Source: Camelus ferus
Taxonomy: Eukaryota
Length of the DNA: 64,000 bases
Reading direction: 5' to 3'
Assembly: GCF_009834535.1 (NCBI RefSeq)
Contig: NC_045697.1
Span: forward strand, 43,650,001 to 43,714,000
Position 1 is the stretch's first letter; each line of letters opens with the position of its first letter. This document shows, in pieces, positions 1 through 13,036 of this stretch. The position numbers and the translations under genes were made by a program. The notes below the pieces were generated by a model, which was not told the DNA's origin, searched no databases, and saw nothing but the letters and a program-made list of their open reading frames with translations.

Positions 1-39
1 TATGTATTTCTCATGCCTCAATTTCTTAAAAATTTTACT

Positions 40-150
40 GGAGAGCTGCTGTACAATACTGCCTGTGGTTAACAATTCTGTATTGTATGCTTAAAATTTT
101 GTTAAGAAGGTAGATCTTCAGTGTTCTTACCACAATTTTAGAAAAAAAAG
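40..150 (+). mobile_element. L1MA-type 3' end
   Basis: gttaacaattctgtattgtatgcttaaaattttgttaag...gtgttcttaccaca plus A tail. Confidence 0.7.
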
Positions 151-1749
151 AACTGAAGGAGGCAACACCCGTTAACCCCCGATTTCAGGGATTTATCCAT
201 TACAGGATTAAAAACATATGACTTCTCTTAAAAAAAACGTTTATAACCCCCTACCCAATTATTAAGCAGCTGGGCAGGAAAGAGTTTACCTGTCCTACCA
301 CCAACTACTGGTAGCAAGGTCTTTTTCTGGTATGAAGTCCTCCTCCGAGGGGCTCTGATCCTTCCCTCCCACGCCCCAATATCCTTCCTGATCCATAAGT
401 GTGATTGGCCTCATTAAAAAGACAAAGGTAAAGTAGTTGTAAAGATCAACTGTATGCGGTGGGGGTTGGGGAGGGGGGTGGACCAGAGTGGCTGGGAGTA
501 AAGAGCAGAAATATTCAGTGCCAAGCTCCAGAGAGGTAAGACCCATGTTTAAGCAATCACTTAGCCATAGTTCAAGGTTCTTGGACAACTCTAACAAGCC
601 AGGGCCAAGGATAGATCTCTGGCATAGACCACCGAGCTCCATCCTCATTCTCCAACTCATTAATCATCACAGATATTAACACACTAATCAATGCATTATC
701 TATGCAGTTATCTACTGCACAGGTTTCCAGTCCACTTTTTGCCACTTTTTTCAAAATAATTTACCTGTAACATTCCAAGGCTGCCTATATCATGGACAAA
801 TCATTCCCTGGGCTATTAGTCAAGTGACAATTTCCTGCACATACATTAGGCGATTTGACTATGCTTACTTCACAGTGAACACTTTGTGTTCCAGATTACC
901 ATGGCTTTCCTGCCTAAGCACTTTTTAAAAATCCAGTGTATTGTTGTTACCTTAGTTAAGTGTAATAATGGTTTCAGGATTATGTTTTTTAAAAAGTCAA
1001 GTTTTTGAGATGCCTCCCAAGGTGCTTAAAGGTAACATGACATACTATCTAGGATTATTTTTAAAATATTCCCATAAAGGACATTCATTAAGGTGAGTGA
1101 ATATGGTATTTCTGATTATTTATCTGTATTCTCTAACTTTCTACATTGCTTACATTCTGCATCTGTAATTAAAATTTTAATTAAAAAAAAAACTTCCACA
1201 AAGGAAAAAACTGAAAAAAAAAAAAAAAAGGATAGATGAAACAAATTCTTGTTGAATTTGAGTGATGGGTGTAAGTGGATTAATTATACTATTCTCTTTA
1301 TTTTTAAAATCTATTTAAGGAGCTCATTTGAAAAGTCAATTTAGCTGGGACTTAATTTCTTCATCTAAATTAACAGCACTCATTCATTCATTCAGTCAAT
1401 CATTACAGAGAGAGTACCAGACCAGGCACAAAAACACGTATTAGGGAGAGGGAAAAAGAGGAGTTGAATCTTTAGAATCCATAAAAATACAGATGTCAGG
1501 GCCCAACCCCAAACATACTAAACTAAAATATCAACCACATTTATAAAAAATATATGGAAATGGGGGAAACGCTATAAGGAAATACACCAAAATATTAGGG
1601 CTTTTCTGCGTCATGGGATATCATGTGGGTGATTTTTTTTTTAATGTTCTCATTTATACATCTGCACTGTAATTTTTCAATAAAGTATATGTATTATTTC
1701 ACATAGTGAGAGGAAGGTGCTCAAAATGCTATTTTTAAAAGCTAAACAA

Positions 1750-2430
1750 GATATGTACTACCACTTACACCCCCCAGCAATGGCTGTCATTCAAAAGGTC
1801 AAAAGTACCAAGCATTGAGGAGGCTATGGAGGAACTGGCAGGAAATCATCCATACCCCACGAGTGTACAACCAGGCTGGACTGCCACTCGGTTTCTAACA
1901 GTTAAGCATACACTTGTTTACCCTATGACCCAGGAAACACAAGTAAATAGGTTCACAGCGGTGGTCACAGCAGCTTTATTCCTAATGGCTAAAAACTGGA
2001 AATAACCCAAGTGTCAATCAACATAAGGGGTAAGCAAATTATTATTTATTTGTATAAAGAAATACGCCACAGCAATTTTTTAAAAATAATCTGACTCCTG
2101 CAACAATGTGGAGAAGTCCCATAAACATTTTACCAAGTGAAAAAAGCAAACAGATACAAAAGAGCCCATACTATACAATTCCATTTATGTGAATTTCAAA
2201 ACTAGGAAAAACGAATGATGATGACAGAAATCTGAAGACAGGTTACAATGGGGACGGAGGGATAAGTGATATGTACTAGGTGGGGGCTTGAGAGAACTGT
2301 GAGATCATGACTATCTTCTTTAGCTGAAACTGGGTGGTAGTCACAGTGGTCTATAAATATGTAAAAATGCATCTGTTGAACAGATGATATTTGCACACTT
2401 TAATGTATGTTAATTATGCCTCAATTTTTT
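1750..2430 (+). mobile_element. Ancient L1 (L1M) 3' fragment
   Basis: ccctatgacccag, gcagctttattcctaatggctaaaaactggaaataaccc, attccatttatgtgaa: L1M ORF2-end/3' UTR motifs. Confidence 0.7.
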
Positions 2431-2559
2431 TAATCAGAAAAAATGTTACATTTAAGAGTCTCCACAAGTTTTAGCTATAATCCCAATTAGAGGCTCTAGC
2501 CAATCTATCCTTCCCATGAATATTTTTAAGTCTTCAGTCCTAAACTAAAAGACAACTGA

Positions 2560-2770
2560 CAGGTATTGAATGTTTCCTGTGGCAGACTGTATGCGAAAGC
2601 CTTGACACATGCACTTAGGTAATCTCCATAATCCTATGAGGTACTATCTATTGTGCCCATTTCACAGATGAGGAAACTAAGGCTCAGAGGGATTGGGTAA
2701 CCTGCCCCATGCCACAAGGAGTAAAAAGAACAGAACAAGGATTTGAAACCAAATCTGTGATTCCAAAACC
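2560..2770 (-). mobile_element. MIR SINE
   Basis: Core cccatttcacagatgaggaaactaaggctcagagg. Further MIR remnants at about 13500-13650, 21180-21330, 23960-24160, 24480-24620, 27590-27830 and 58270-58460. Confidence 0.8.
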
Positions 2771-3815
2771 AAATGTTCCCTCTTACCTTAAACTTTCAAG
2801 TCCAAGTCAGTCTGTCTAACACTTACTCTTTGACAAACCTCAAATAGGTAATATCTTTCCCATTGACTCCACTTGGCCTCAGTTCTTCCTTGCTAAATAG
2901 AAGTCCTGAGTAGCAGTTTTTCCTAGTATCTCTCCTACCTTTGATGGGACAAATGGAACTTTGACACAGGAAAATCTATAAGCAGCCTCTAACTGTCATT
3001 AATCTGGATATGTACTTGTCACTAATTGACTGAAACTTGATCATCCTTTCCAGAAAACAGGAACTCAAGTCACTACTCTTTTTTTTTCAATTTGGGCAGG
3101 AATTTTTTACAGCCTGGAGCACATCTGATTAGGTTTCTCCAGGCCTTCCCATGATAAGCCCAACAAAAAACACCCCATGGGCAGTGGTTCACTTTAATGC
3201 TCCTCAGTTTGTAGGTCAGCCAGGTCCGAGTTGTCCAAGGAGGCTGTTCTGTCCAATTTAAGACTCAGCACACAGATGTCCTGCCAGTATCCGTCTTCGA
3301 GTCCTCTCCGAGGCAGAAGCACCTGCCCCGTGCATCCTGCAGGCTAGGCAAGGTTTAGAAAGGATAATCACCCTTGCTGTTTTATAGTTGTCGCTGTTAA
3401 GATATATTCTAAAATTGTCTACCTCATTAACCTGGACCATCACCCAGCCAAGGTTTGCAGAAAGCAGCCTCTTTGTCTTCTGATCCCAACAGCCTGCTGT
3501 ATCCTCAGCTAAAGACTACGTTTGAGCTCAAGGTCTCTGAGCCAAAGACAAGACTGACCATGAAGCTAACAAGGTTAAGCTTCAATCTTCTCACCTGCAA
3601 TGGCCCCTTCCAAGCTCCTACACCAAATTTTATGTATTCTTTTTCTTAAGGAGAATCTCCAAATTGTATAAGCTTCAGGCCCCCTCAAAATGTGGATTGG
3701 CCCCACGTCTGAATCATATTAACATCTTGTTGCTACAAGCAACAGTTCTATGTTAACCCATTCACTCTATGAACTAAAATGATTTAGAAGAAGAAATACT
3801 TAGGATGACAAGGCT

Positions 3816-3853
3816 GTTTCCATGGTGTAGTGGTTATCACGTTCGCCTCACAC
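3816..3853 (+). pseudogene. tRNA-Val(CAC) 5'-half retropseudogene (tailless)
   Basis: GTTTCCaTgGTGTAGTGGTTATCACGTTCGCCTCACAC equals the first 38 nt of mammalian tRNA-Val-CAC with 2 mismatches; flanked by direct repeat ACTTAGGATGA (3798-3808, 3852-3862). Confidence 0.88.
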
Positions 3854-5334
3854 TTAGGATGAGAGAACCAGGTTATTACCAGTAAGTATTAGAACATTGG
3901 GAGTTCACAGACACACGTTAACATCTTTCTGCTTCATTTCACCTATTATTGATAATATTTTATCTATTTGATGGCCCAATTAGCAATGTACTTGTAAGAG
4001 GGGTTGCTATTGGCTAGGTCACATTTTGGTTGTTGTTTTAAGGTTTGAAGTTTCTCCAATGATCAGCATATATATGTAAACTAAAAAAAAATATGTGCAG
4101 TATATTGTATATATGTATTTACAGGCAACATAATGTATATGTGCAGTCAAACTATAATAATTTTACCTATTAAAACTAAAAAGAAAAGAAAAAAAGCAAG
4201 GCTACAAGACAAATTTAGCAGCAAAAAAAAAAAGTTTGAAGTTTCTCTGTTCTTAGATATGGAGAGATTGGAAAGGATAAAAAACAAAAATATGAATATA
4301 ATACAAACTGAAAAAAACTCACTACATAGAAGTTTTACTAGTGTCCCCGGAGCAGCAAAACTGCTGTAGAGCTAAATCAGTATATACCGTATAATAGGTC
4401 CATAAAAAGAAAAGGGGGCAAAATCAGCAGAACTATCATGATCTGTCAAGACACATGAAATGTGCTCAAAATAAATGCTGACCTCGCATCTCCTTTGGTT
4501 CCATAAGCGTTACTCAATCATGGTTGCCTAGTTTTTAAAAAAAGCATTGGAATTATGAAACTACTTGCGCTCCCCGCCCCATAATGGTTCCCCAGTTGGC
4601 ACAGAAGAGTAACATTCAACTTTTTTAATTTATTTTATTTTTTACATGAAAAGGGTAAAGTTTACTTTAAACAACTATACACCCCACTAGTTAATCCAAG
4701 TAAGAAAAATAAAATAAGGACAGGGGAGAAAGTCCACATATGATACAAAATAAGAAATTACAAAGGAAAAAATATAAGCAGAAAAGTGTAAAAATCATTA
4801 AGAAATAACTTTGCACAAAGTCCTACGCAAATGAATTTAACGAAAAGCTGGGCAAAACGGATAGCTTTTACTAAGAAAATTTTACTGACACCAAGAGACA
4901 CATGCTGTAAAGAGAACCATTTGCACAAATAAAATATTGTGGGGAGTAAAAAAACTTTACCTGCCCAATTAAGCACCAAACCTGAACTGTTTTACAAGGA
5001 ATTCTACCAAGCTTTTAAATCTGAGAAGAAAGGGAGAAACGTGGCTAGGAAGGAAGGAAGGAGGGAAGAAAGTAGGTAGGGAGGTAATACTCATCTCAAG
5101 TAAAAGGATCGACTGCAAAAATCCTAACTCTAATTTTGCAAAACTCCTAACTCCAATTTCAGCAGACAGATTCCGGGACCATATTATGACCAACCAATGT
5201 TTAGTCCATAAACATAAAGATGACTCAAATATTAAACTATTAATATAATTTACCATAATATACTTGAGGGAGGGGAAATATATGTTCATCACCAAATATG
5301 CTGAAAAAGTACGAAAAATTCAACATTCATTCTT

Positions 5335-5499
5335 TTTATTTATTTATTTATTTATTTATTATTATTTTTTTTTTTTTGCAGGGGGGGCAATTAGTTTTAT
5401 TTTAGTTAGTTAGTTTTTTGATGGAGGTACTGGGGATTGAACCCTGGACCTCATGCATGCTTAGTATGTGCTCTACCACTTGAGCTATACCCTCCCCCC
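5335..5499 (-). mobile_element. tRNA-Ala-derived SINE (camelid Vic-1-like), long form
   Basis: Reverse complement of GGGGAGGGTATAGCTCAAGTGGTAGAG...GGGTTCAATCCCCAGTACCTCC plus A-rich tail; 20-bp TSD AAAATTCAACATTCATTCTT (5315-5334, 5501-5520). Confidence 0.9.
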
Positions 5500-6091
5500 A
5501 AAAATTCAACATTCATTCTTGATCTACAATAACAAAACAAGCATCCAGAAGTATTTACCATAAGATGGAACGCTAGGCTAGTTCAAAGCCAACATGATGC
5601 TTACAGGGAAGACACTGTAGGCACTACAGCCTGTCCTCAGCACGAATGGCAACCAACATCGCTGCTAGTCTAACACTCAGTTAGAAGGTATCACGGAGGA
5701 AAATACTCCGTTTATAATATCAACTGGAAATATAAACTTAAGAGGAAATGTACAGTATCTGAAGAAAACTTTCAAGCACCCCTGGAGGATTCCAAAAAGC
5801 ACCTAAACAAATGAAAGGACATAATGTCCTTGGAGAGGAAGACTCAACACAGATAACATTAAAAACGACCCCCAGTAAATTTATAAAATGAACACAATGC
5901 CAATAAAAATGTATTTCTCTGGATCATAGACAAGTTGAATCTCAAGATCATATGGATCATAAGGAAGAATGAACAAGAAAGTTCTGTAAGGAAAGCAACA
6001 AGAACAACGATCCCTACCAGATATTAAAATCATCTATTAATAACACCAATAATTAAATTAAACATCAATAATTAAAACAACACAGTACCAG

Positions 6092-6143
6092 GACGCAGCC
6101 ATGACCCCACAGACGCAGCCACGCCCCCACAGACGCAGCCACA
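6092..6143. repeat. Short tandem repeat (20-bp unit, about 2.5 copies)
   Basis: GACGCAGCCA occurs three times with cccca(c)a spacers. Confidence 0.8.
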
Positions 6144-7547
6144 TGGACAGTTACACACCAAGAAGGAAGCCTTGGGGGTGTGTTACTTAGGGAGAAACAT
6201 TCAATGACTGGGGTGATTTCTCAGGACTCATCTTGTCCACAAGAGGAGGGAATTGATCCTGGAGTAATTTCTGTTAAGTTTTCACAGCAGCTAGTAAAAC
6301 AAACAAACAAACAAACAAACACAAAAACAGAAAAACATGGTACCAGTGCATGAGAAGACAAGTAAACGAAGGAAACAGAATAGAAAGAAACAGAATAGAA
6401 ATAGATCCAAACATATACTAGAATTCAGGAAATTATTAAGGATGCATCATACATCAGTAGAGATGGGCTTTTTAATAGGGAGTGTGGCAGTGGACGGCCA
6501 GCTGAACAAATACACCAAAATAAATGAATCAAGGCTTAATTTTTTTTTAAGTCATAAAAGTAATCACAGAAAACACTGGAGAACTCCCTAAAGATTTGGC
6601 AGGAGGAAAATCATCCTACTCATCAACTCAAAATCCTATAAAGCTATAAAGAAAATATTGATAAATTTGACTACATAAAAATGAAAAATATCTGCATAGT
6701 AAGGAGCATGATAAGCAAAGGAAAAAATACAAATTGCTCACTAAAAGCAGTATTTTCATCTCAGCACAGACAAGAGCTAATCACTTTAATATATGAGAGG
6801 GTTCCAGAAATCAAAATGAAACAGAAATCAAGAGAAATAGAAAAACGGCCAAAAGATGCGAGTAGACAGTTTCCAGAAAAAGAAACCCAAATGGCCCTTA
6901 ACAGAAACGTGTACAAAATCACACTCTATAAAAGAAACGCAGATTAAGACTAAAATGAGTTTCCACTTCTCACCTATCAGGATGACAGAAACCCAAAAGT
7001 TTGAAGTATACTGACAGCACTGGTGAAGCTGTTGGGGAACAGGCACTGGCACACACTCCTAGTGGAAGTACAGCAAACAGCACAACCATTAATGAAGGAG
7101 GAATCAATCAAAATTACAAATGCTCTCTGTCAGAGCAATCCTACTCATATCACAGACTCATATTACATATAATTCATGTTCTATAGAGTGCGCATTGCCA
7201 CATATTTTTCTAACAGCAAAAGTTAGAGAACTACAGGTATAAAGAACTATTTGACCATTTGCATTCATATAATGAAACTTCTTGAAGCGGACCAAAAAGA
7301 AGAAACTGCCGAAGTCATAATATGGAAAGGACTGGATGATATAGCTGAAAAACACAAGGCTCAGAATAGTGGTTACTGTACATCATCTTTGGTGTTATTA
7401 GCAAATCAAGAAAATGAACATTTGCCCTATAATAGCATGTTTGCAATAGGATAAAGAAACACTGGAACCATCCATAAGAAACTAACATGGCACAGAGGTA
7501 GACAGCAAAGTGTGGAAGCCACACTTACCAAAGCACGAGCTTTTAGT

Positions 7548-7679
7548 GGGGAGGGTATAGCTCAAGTGGCAGAGTGCAGGCTTAGCACACACAGTGTCCT
7601 GGGTTCAACCCCCAGCACCTCCTCCAAATAGAAACAAATGTGCAAGCTTAATTACCTCCCCCTCATAAAAAAAAAAAAA
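7548..7679 (+). mobile_element. Vic-1-like SINE, long form
   Basis: tRNA-like head with A/B boxes, TAATTACCTCCCC 3' segment, poly(A). Confidence 0.87.
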
Positions 7680-10600
7680 GCAGAACTTTTTAAATTGCTA
7701 TAATTTTTGTACCACATGAATGTATTACTTATGCAAAAAAAAAATTAAGATGTGTAAACCCAAATTTAAAATGTTTACACAAGAACTTGCACATTCGCAT
7801 CCTTTGTATGTTCACCTGCTAACTCTCCCAGAACCTCATCAGTTTGATGGCTTAGTATGTCCCCAGGACTGTAAAGATGGAGCAAAGTGAAACTGTACCA
7901 TGATCACTTTTCACAAAGCCAGTGTCATCCCTGCATTTGAAGTCTTATCCCAAAATACGTGATTTCTAGGTTAGCTTTAGAAGTCCCCAATAACCAATCA
8001 CCACCCCCACCTCACGTGTGTATACACTCACGGAAAAGCAGTTTATAGATGAGGTGTTTACTGTTTTTATTTCTGAAAAGGAGTTGATAGACAACACCTT
8101 TTATTCTTGGGAGAAAAATATAGCACAAAATATTACCAGTGGTCAGAGGAATGAAGAGTGAGATAAAATATAAAGTTAGAACTCTCTCTCCTTTGAGCTT
8201 CCATTCCCTCTGCTCCTACTCTCTTCCCTGGTTGATCCTCATCTGGTTCATTGATCTCTTCCTCTTTTCTATGATTTTTTTCCTCCAGCCTTTATAAATG
8301 TCTTTCACTCTCTGTGGGTTCCTTAAATCTACCATTTCAACTTCCACCCTCTCTGCAAATGATTCCCTAACGTGCATCTATGGTCCTGACTTGTCTCCCA
8401 GGGCTCACATTTTTATATGGCTGCCCAGACGCTCCACCTCTCCACCAGCCCCATCGCTCTGGTTCAAGGTCCCACTGCCTTCCAGAATGTTTTCCAAAGA
8501 CCACCCTCCTTTCTTCACTTCCCCCACCCTCTTCCTGTCTAATCCTGCTTCCGCAAAGCTACCAAATTTGTCTTCCCAAAACTTGGAGATCCTAAATTGA
8601 ATTAAGAAATTTCTTGGCATGGCATTCAAGGCCTTTCAGGATTGAAATATCCAATCTCAACTTTTTCCACCTCTAACTCACCTTCAGTCATCCTGGCTCC
8701 AGCCAGACTAAATCAGACCTCCTACCCTCCTACTTTGCTTATTTCTTCCACTGGATACCCCCTTTCCCAAAATCACTCAAAATTCTCTGTTTCAGCAGAA
8801 CTCTATTTCCCCCTTTTTTGTTTTCCTTGAGCCCATGAGCCATCAACCTTCTTCATTACATGATGCAGGAGTTGTTTTAACTGATTATTAGCAAAGACTA
8901 AAAAAAAAAGATCATGTTATATCAAACTTACGAAATATCACTTATAAGTTTCAGGCTTGTACTAGAGGACACAGTGGGTGGCGTGTCCGATGAGGATAAG
9001 GGTGAATTGGCAAGGCAATGCCCTTCCTTTTTAAGGAAGACAAAAGGGTGTTACTTCTTTTCGTTGATTATAAAATGCCTGTTTTTCTCTCTCCTCCTGG
9101 TACCTGTAGTCTGATACACACGCTTCTCTACTGACTAACAATCCTGGGCACCAGCCCACTGCATAGATGCCGGATGAGCATCAGAAGCTGAGCGCTGTCA
9201 CACACTGGGATTTCACAACGCCTGCTGGCATCGCACATTTGGTATCTGTTGTGGAGAGTCAGGTGGGTTGGCCACTGACTGGCAAGGGAACTCACCATTT
9301 TGAACACATGAGTCATTGAAAATAAGGACATCCATTTATCCATCTATGCATGTGAATTTGTGCCAACATCACTGCAGAAGCAGGAAGAGGAAAGGATTCA
9401 TCCACATGATACATTAACAGATATCAACTTAATAAACAAGAAGCTGACCACACTTGGGAAAAAAAAAAAAGCATACATTTACCCTCTGCAAAGACTCTAA
9501 GTACTTTACACAGTCTACCAAGCAGGTGAATGTTATTAGTCACAGATAGCCAACATCTATATGCTCTATCCAGCCTCGATTGTCTTTTCCCTTTTCTTTT
9601 CTTTTTTTTTAAGGGGATCGTCTCTGGAATTCATTGCCAATTTACCCTCTGCTTAGACCAACAGAATGCCACTGGTTACAAAGGGATACCCGAAATCACT
9701 GCCCGTAATGCTGTTTTCTCTTACAACTTGAAGAAGGGTGCCATTTGCTACGTATGCGCACTGTCTCCAAAGTACCTGAACTTTTTGTAGAGGCCTGAAG
9801 CCATGTTCCTCCAAGGTGCTGTCCTCCGCAGAAAATGCAGCTTTCCAGATGCTCAAAGGTAAAAGGGCCAAATGATCCCACGCACAAAGTTTGTCCATGG
9901 CGCCCCCTGCATCCTCGAGCATCAGGGTCCACTCGATGAAATTAGCAGGTGCGGGCTGCCCAGCACTCAACACAGAGAAGCACAGAGGCAAGACTTCTGT
10001 TCCCAGAGAGAAACACTGAGGCGAGACAGGGAAAGGGCTCTGAGAGCATCCTGCTCTTTCCTCTTGTTCCCCAGGTTCACCAGGTGTCCCAGAAGTTCCA
10101 GGAGACATAAGGGGTCCACTGGTTCTGCTCCCTGAGGAACCTTCAGAAAACGGGATAGGACTTGAGGGAACTGAAGTTCTTCTCTAACCAGCCCAAGCTC
10201 TGGGGGAAGCGGAGCTCTGAGGAAGAGAAGCAGAGACACTAGGCACCTGACCTGGAAAAGTGAGTGAAGAGGGGACAGAGCAGAGCTTTTGTCACAAAGG
10301 AGAGGTCCCTGCCTAAAAGTTTTGCTCACCCCCAGGACATCCAGACATCAAAGGCTTCTTCCTACCCCAACCCAAGGAAAAATCTGTCTAATCACCAGCC
10401 CAACAGGATCTCTCCTTTCTCTGAGCCCCAAGAGCTTCTTCTTAACAAACACAGAACCACCGCTATCTGCTCCCCATCTCCCAGCCTTCGATGTACAAGG
10501 CCTGCTTCGGTGCCCTGGTCCCTCACCTTCTTGTTCATTCAAGAATTTATGTTGCCCCAAGTGCCTCAGCAAAAAGAAATAGGAAAAGAAAACTGGGAAA

Positions 10601-11708
10601 TTCTAGTACAAAACCTCCTGAAGAAAAGAGGAAAGGTGAAGAGGCCTAGAGTTGCTGGTTGCAGGCAGAATAAAAGAACCGATGACGAGCTTTCTTGCTT
10701 CTTCTGCCCATAGAACCGGCGACCCACAAGCAGATGCCAGCGTTTCAGAGATAAATACCACACGCAGACAGGTGAAAAACGGGAATACTTAAAACTTTTA
10801 TAGGGAACTTGCTACAACCAAGATGACAAGCCGCTGCTAAAAAAATGAAGTTTTGTTACATAATTCATACTCCCCCTACCAAATTCTCAACTCTCTATGC
10901 TATTTGTACAAAAATTTTACATAATCTACCTACTAGCCTGGTCCAGCTTTCTGATCATTTTTTATTAACAAGAAATTTTTTCTTTCATCTACCAATTTTT
11001 CTTTTTTTACTTTAATTTAAGCCAGTCTTTTTGTTCCATCTTTTACGAATCTGAAGAAAAAGTGAGATGGCTTCCTTCTAATTAACCAACTGCAAAATGT
11101 CACCCTCTTTTCTTTCTTAATTCAGTAACTAACCTTCACAGATCTTGTTTACCATTTTTATGGCTTCAGAATTTACTCTCTACCACCCTTAATATAAACA
11201 GTAAATCTGGATTTATCTATGCCTTTATATCACATCTAAACTGCTTTGCATTTAAGGCCTTTAGTAACCTAATCTTATTTCTATGTTTTGTCACTTCTAT
11301 AAACTAAGCTTACTCTCATTGCTATTTAAACTATTCCCTCATTTTCCCAGTTTAGAACACGCTGTCACCTTAGTTAACCCCAGTCCACCTTCACGTGGCC
11401 AGCTCAACACCAACACGTCCACAAAAAACTCTCTTTGATGTCCCCCATCCAAAATTATCTCCTTTCATGCTACATTCATGAATTTTCTTCTTTAAATTAA
11501 TTATGTTTATATGTTTGTGGAAATAAATATCAATAGTGCCTGATTCTCAACTGCCATGTGAATATCTGGATCTTGGTGTTAGCTCCTTAACTAGGCTCCA
11601 GATTGCTCACAGGCATAGTTCCACATATAACACAGGTACAAAGAAGACACACGTTAAGTACTTTTCATGGCCAAGACCAGGGTTAGTGATTCAAAGCAGC
11701 ACATCACA

Positions 11709-11856
11709 GGAGGAAGGTATAGCTCAAATAATAGAGTGCATTCTTAGCGTGCACAAGGTCCTGGGTTCAATCCCCAGTACCTCCACTTAAAAAAAAAAAA
11801 AACTAATAATAAATAAATAAATAGATTTAATGACCTCTCCCCAATTAAAAAAAAAA
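11709..11856 (+). mobile_element. Vic-1-like SINE, long form
   Basis: Same head, A-rich linker, taatgacctctcccc segment, poly(A). Confidence 0.87.
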
Positions 11857-12991
11857 GTTGAAAGCAAAACATCACTACATAGTGGAACATGCTGGTTCTG
11901 GTATGCACTGCAGCGTTGTTTTTCTATGCTTTGCCTTGATCTCCCCTGCCTGCTTATCTATAACTCTGCCTCTGGCCTTTTGAAGGAGCTGGGCTTTCTC
12001 TATCATATAACCAAGCCTGGCTTTCTATCCCACTCCGGAGCACCCTCCTTGAGTAGAGGATCTTGAATGTCATCCCTCCCTCTGACAGCACATTCATCAA
12101 AACCATCAAAATTACTAAATTCTATTCATGTTTCCCAGGTTGTTGAAAACCTAATTTAAGAGCATTCAATCAACTGTACTGCACTTTCAATTAGTCAAAG
12201 TCATCAGTGCAACCTCAAACAATACAACCAAATCTATGCCAACCCCAATTACTCAGCAGGCTCCCCTCCTTTCAGTTAGTGACCCTCCGATGAGCAGTGT
12301 GAGAGGCCCCGTCTGATCTCCAGATCAGGAGTGTGACAAGGTTTCAAGGGAAGGTCAACTCCAAATCGGCTGGTAATGAGAAGCTGTCCGCAGGTTTGTG
12401 TTAAGGAGGATTCTGAGGCCACATCTTGGTTCAATGACAAAGATTTCATCAATTACTGAGTCTGCCTGAGTCACGGGAGGGGAAACAGGAAGAATGGATT
12501 TGTCAGCCCTGTTACTTGGGATTAAGACAGAATCAAAAGCTTTACTGAAATAAAGCTTCTACTTTCCTGTTTTCTACATGGTTTATAAAACCTAAAATAG
12601 AATAATTTGCCCTATTTTAAAATTTAGAGTAATTTTCTGTTAGTGTCTCTCAGTTATCAAGATTGAAAGTACTAGGCTAGAAGTACTACAGATACACTTT
12701 TTGTCTCCTGAGAAAGGTGGATGAGAAAATCTACCTCCTTTTTCTTCTTTTTTTTTTAAACATCCTTTTTCATCATTGTATACTCCAGTAGTTCTCCAGA
12801 AACCTTCCAAAAAAATCAAAGCTGATTATAAAAGGGAAGATTTTTAATCCCAGATATAAATACTAATTATGGAATTAACCATCTGTTCAGACCTATTTTA
12901 AAGCATAAATGACGTGGATTATGGACATTGTAATCAGTTGTCAGTTAACATCGCAGAGAAACCAGCAGGCATTTAGAATAACAGGCAGTTT

Positions 12992-13036
12992 CATTTTAAC
13001 AACTCACATTTTAACAACTTACATTTTAACATCTCA
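12992..13036. repeat. 15-bp tandem repeat, 3 copies
   Basis: CATTTTAACAACTCA / CATTTTAACAACTTA / CATTTTAACATCTCA. Confidence 0.85.

Larger units (their letters stand above)
4620..7500 (+). mobile_element. Fragmented ancient L1 (L1ME-like) ORF2 region
   Basis: A-rich, with remnants such as ctaccagatattaaaa, tttgactacataaaaatgaaaaa and cacctatcaggatg; interrupted by a SINE. Confidence 0.65.

Noticed and set aside
295..754. 121-aa and neighbouring ORFs with a Pro-rich stretch; possible GPAT3 exon 3
   Set aside because: No similarity to GPAT3 exon 3 (GIIQRDESPMEKG...-like) or to another protein I recognise; the Pro run comes from a simple G-rich tract.
9653..10713. Cluster of 75-151 aa ORFs suggesting a processed pseudogene
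   Set aside because: No recognisable protein in any frame, and no poly(A) or TSD; ORFs on both strands fit locally higher GC content.
12992..13036. Short repeats here and at 6092-6143 as CRISPR-like or functional arrays
   Set aside because: Eukaryotic context, contiguous units without unique spacers; ordinary slippage repeats.
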